A stretch of DNA of 64,000 nucleotides, from assembly GCA_903833215.1 (NCBI GenBank), contig CAILEM010000125.1:10743-74742 (forward strand). The letters are read 5' to 3'. Positions 63,255 through 64,000 of the stretch are shown here, one piece after another. The notes under the pieces are model-generated. The model was not told where the DNA came from. It searched no databases and saw nothing but the letters and a program-made list of their open reading frames with translations. Within the stretch, counting starts at the first letter, position 1, and every line of letters starts with the position of its first letter. The position numbers were made by a program, and so were the translations under genes. Origin of the DNA: an uncultured Armatimonadetes bacterium. Lineage in GTDB: Bacteria; Armatimonadota; Fimbriimonadia; Fimbriimonadales; Fimbriimonadaceae.

Positions 63255-64000
63255 ATGAAGATCGGATTGCGAATACTCGGCTTGGCTGCATTGGTTGGCA
63301 CAGCGATTGCGGCATGGAATGGATTTCAGACTCCTCAGGTGGGACATCACTCTGCGTCCGGGATGCTGGTAGCAGATGGACAGTTCATCAAGCCAATTGG
63401 AAAGACGGTCCTTCTGAAAAGTCGTCCTGTTGACCTAGCCCTTTCCCACGACGGCAGGTTTGCTTATCTCAAGGAAGGCAAGGGCCTTACCGTCGTCGAT
63501 TGCGATACCTTGACGATCGTCAAGCAGATTCCGATCGTCGGCGGAGACTCGTTCTATGGCATCGCATTGTCGGAGGACGGAAAGACTCTGGTCTACACAA
63601 CAGCGACCGATAAGGTTGTCGTCTTTTCGGTGAATGGGTCAGATCTAGTCGAGCAAAAGTCAATAACCCTCCCAGCCGCACGGGCAGGGAAGCAGCCGCA
63701 CCCGTGCGGCATTGCCTTCGAAGATCCGGGTCACGTGTTCGTTTGCCTCAACCGCGACAACTCCGTGGCAAGAGTAAATCTCACGTCGGGGGCGATTGAG
63801 AAGTGGGATACCGACGCCGCTCCTTTCGCGGTGTCTTTTGACCGAGTTTCCCGCCGGCTGTTTGTTTCGTGCTGGTCTCGTAAAGCGGCTCCAGGAGAAC
63901 CTCAAGCGGATTCGTCAGGAACTTCCGTGCCAGTCGACGTTCGAGGCGTGGGCCTGGGCGGACGTCTCAGCGTGATTGACCTAGGGCTGGGAAGACAAAC
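63255..64000 (+). CDS. Beta-propeller (YncE/YVTN-type) protein, N-terminal part only; same N-terminal architecture as the 50977..53463 gene
   Basis: Absent from the ORF track because there is no stop in the window. From the ATG at 63255: MKIGLRILGLAALVGTAIAAW..RPVDLALSHDGRFAYL..GIALSEDGKTLVYT..PCGIAFEDPGHVFVCLNRDNSVARVNL..FAVSFDRVSRRLFVSCW... Open to the window end. Confidence 0.7.
   Translation, partial: MKIGLRILGLAALVGTAIAAWNGFQTPQVGHHSASGMLVADGQFIKPIGKTVLLKSRPVDLALSHDGRFAYLKEGKGLTVVDCDTLTIVKQIPIVGGDSFYGIALSEDGKTLVYTTATDKVVVFSVNGSDLVEQKSITLPAARAGKQPHPCGIAFEDPGHVFVCLNRDNSVARVNLTSGAIEKWDTDAAPFAVSFDRVSRRLFVSCWSRKAAPGEPQADSSGTSVPVDVRGVGLGGRLSVIDLGLGRQ

Noticed and set aside
1-64000. CRISPR arrays, insertion sequences, integrases, prophage or known defence-system genes
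   Set aside because: I saw no short direct-repeat arrays, transposase, recombinase or nuclease/helicase/methylase-type ORFs on either strand. I noticed no repeat of the tRNA-Lys 3' end that would mark an integrated island, but I could not search this exhaustively by eye.

Overview
This 64-kb window looks like ordinary bacterial chromosome: densely packed, mostly protein-coding, with one tRNA. I saw no rRNA, CRISPR array, transposase, integrase, phage genes or recognisable defence genes. Content falls into five groups. (1) Carbohydrate-use genes: a 1280-aa GH2-like enzyme, a three-gene sugar ABC importer, a GH35 beta-galactosidase, a discoidin-GH2 enzyme, an alpha-galactosidase, a GHL-type TIM-barrel protein and an SGNH hydrolase. 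Two prepilin-type ([10 protein letters not shown]) pilin-like genes are embedded in these loci. (2) The conserved rpmH-rnpA-yidD-yidC-jag cluster, followed by two cell-wall-related genes (an LD-carboxypeptidase and a phosphodiester glycosidase). (3) Redox genes: a multicopper oxidase fused to a thioredoxin-fold domain, a GMC oxidoreductase with its small subunit, a 2Fe-2S / molybdopterin / XdhC hydroxylase operon, and a secreted DsbD-alpha-like plus redoxin pair. (4) Transport and regulation: an ActP-like symporter with a DUF485 partner, a lone leuC, PhoU, an MsbA-like exporter, a CNNM/CorC protein, kdpDE without kdpFABC, and a LuxR-GAF-PAS regulator. (5) Uncharacterised extracytoplasmic proteins. 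The gene families (DUF1559-like pilins, DUF1501, PhyH, large secreted glycosidases) suggest an Armatimonadota or PVC-type organism, but this is a weak inference. No clear-cut novel system stands out. The best leads are an rnpA with no canonical start codon, a coupled hypothetical/DUF3160/CapA module, pilin-like genes inside sugar loci, a large loop insertion in the ActP-like symporter, a decayed AraC remnant, and three unusually long intergenic gaps, two with observed secondary structure. All domain calls come from reading motifs by eye; no searches were run.
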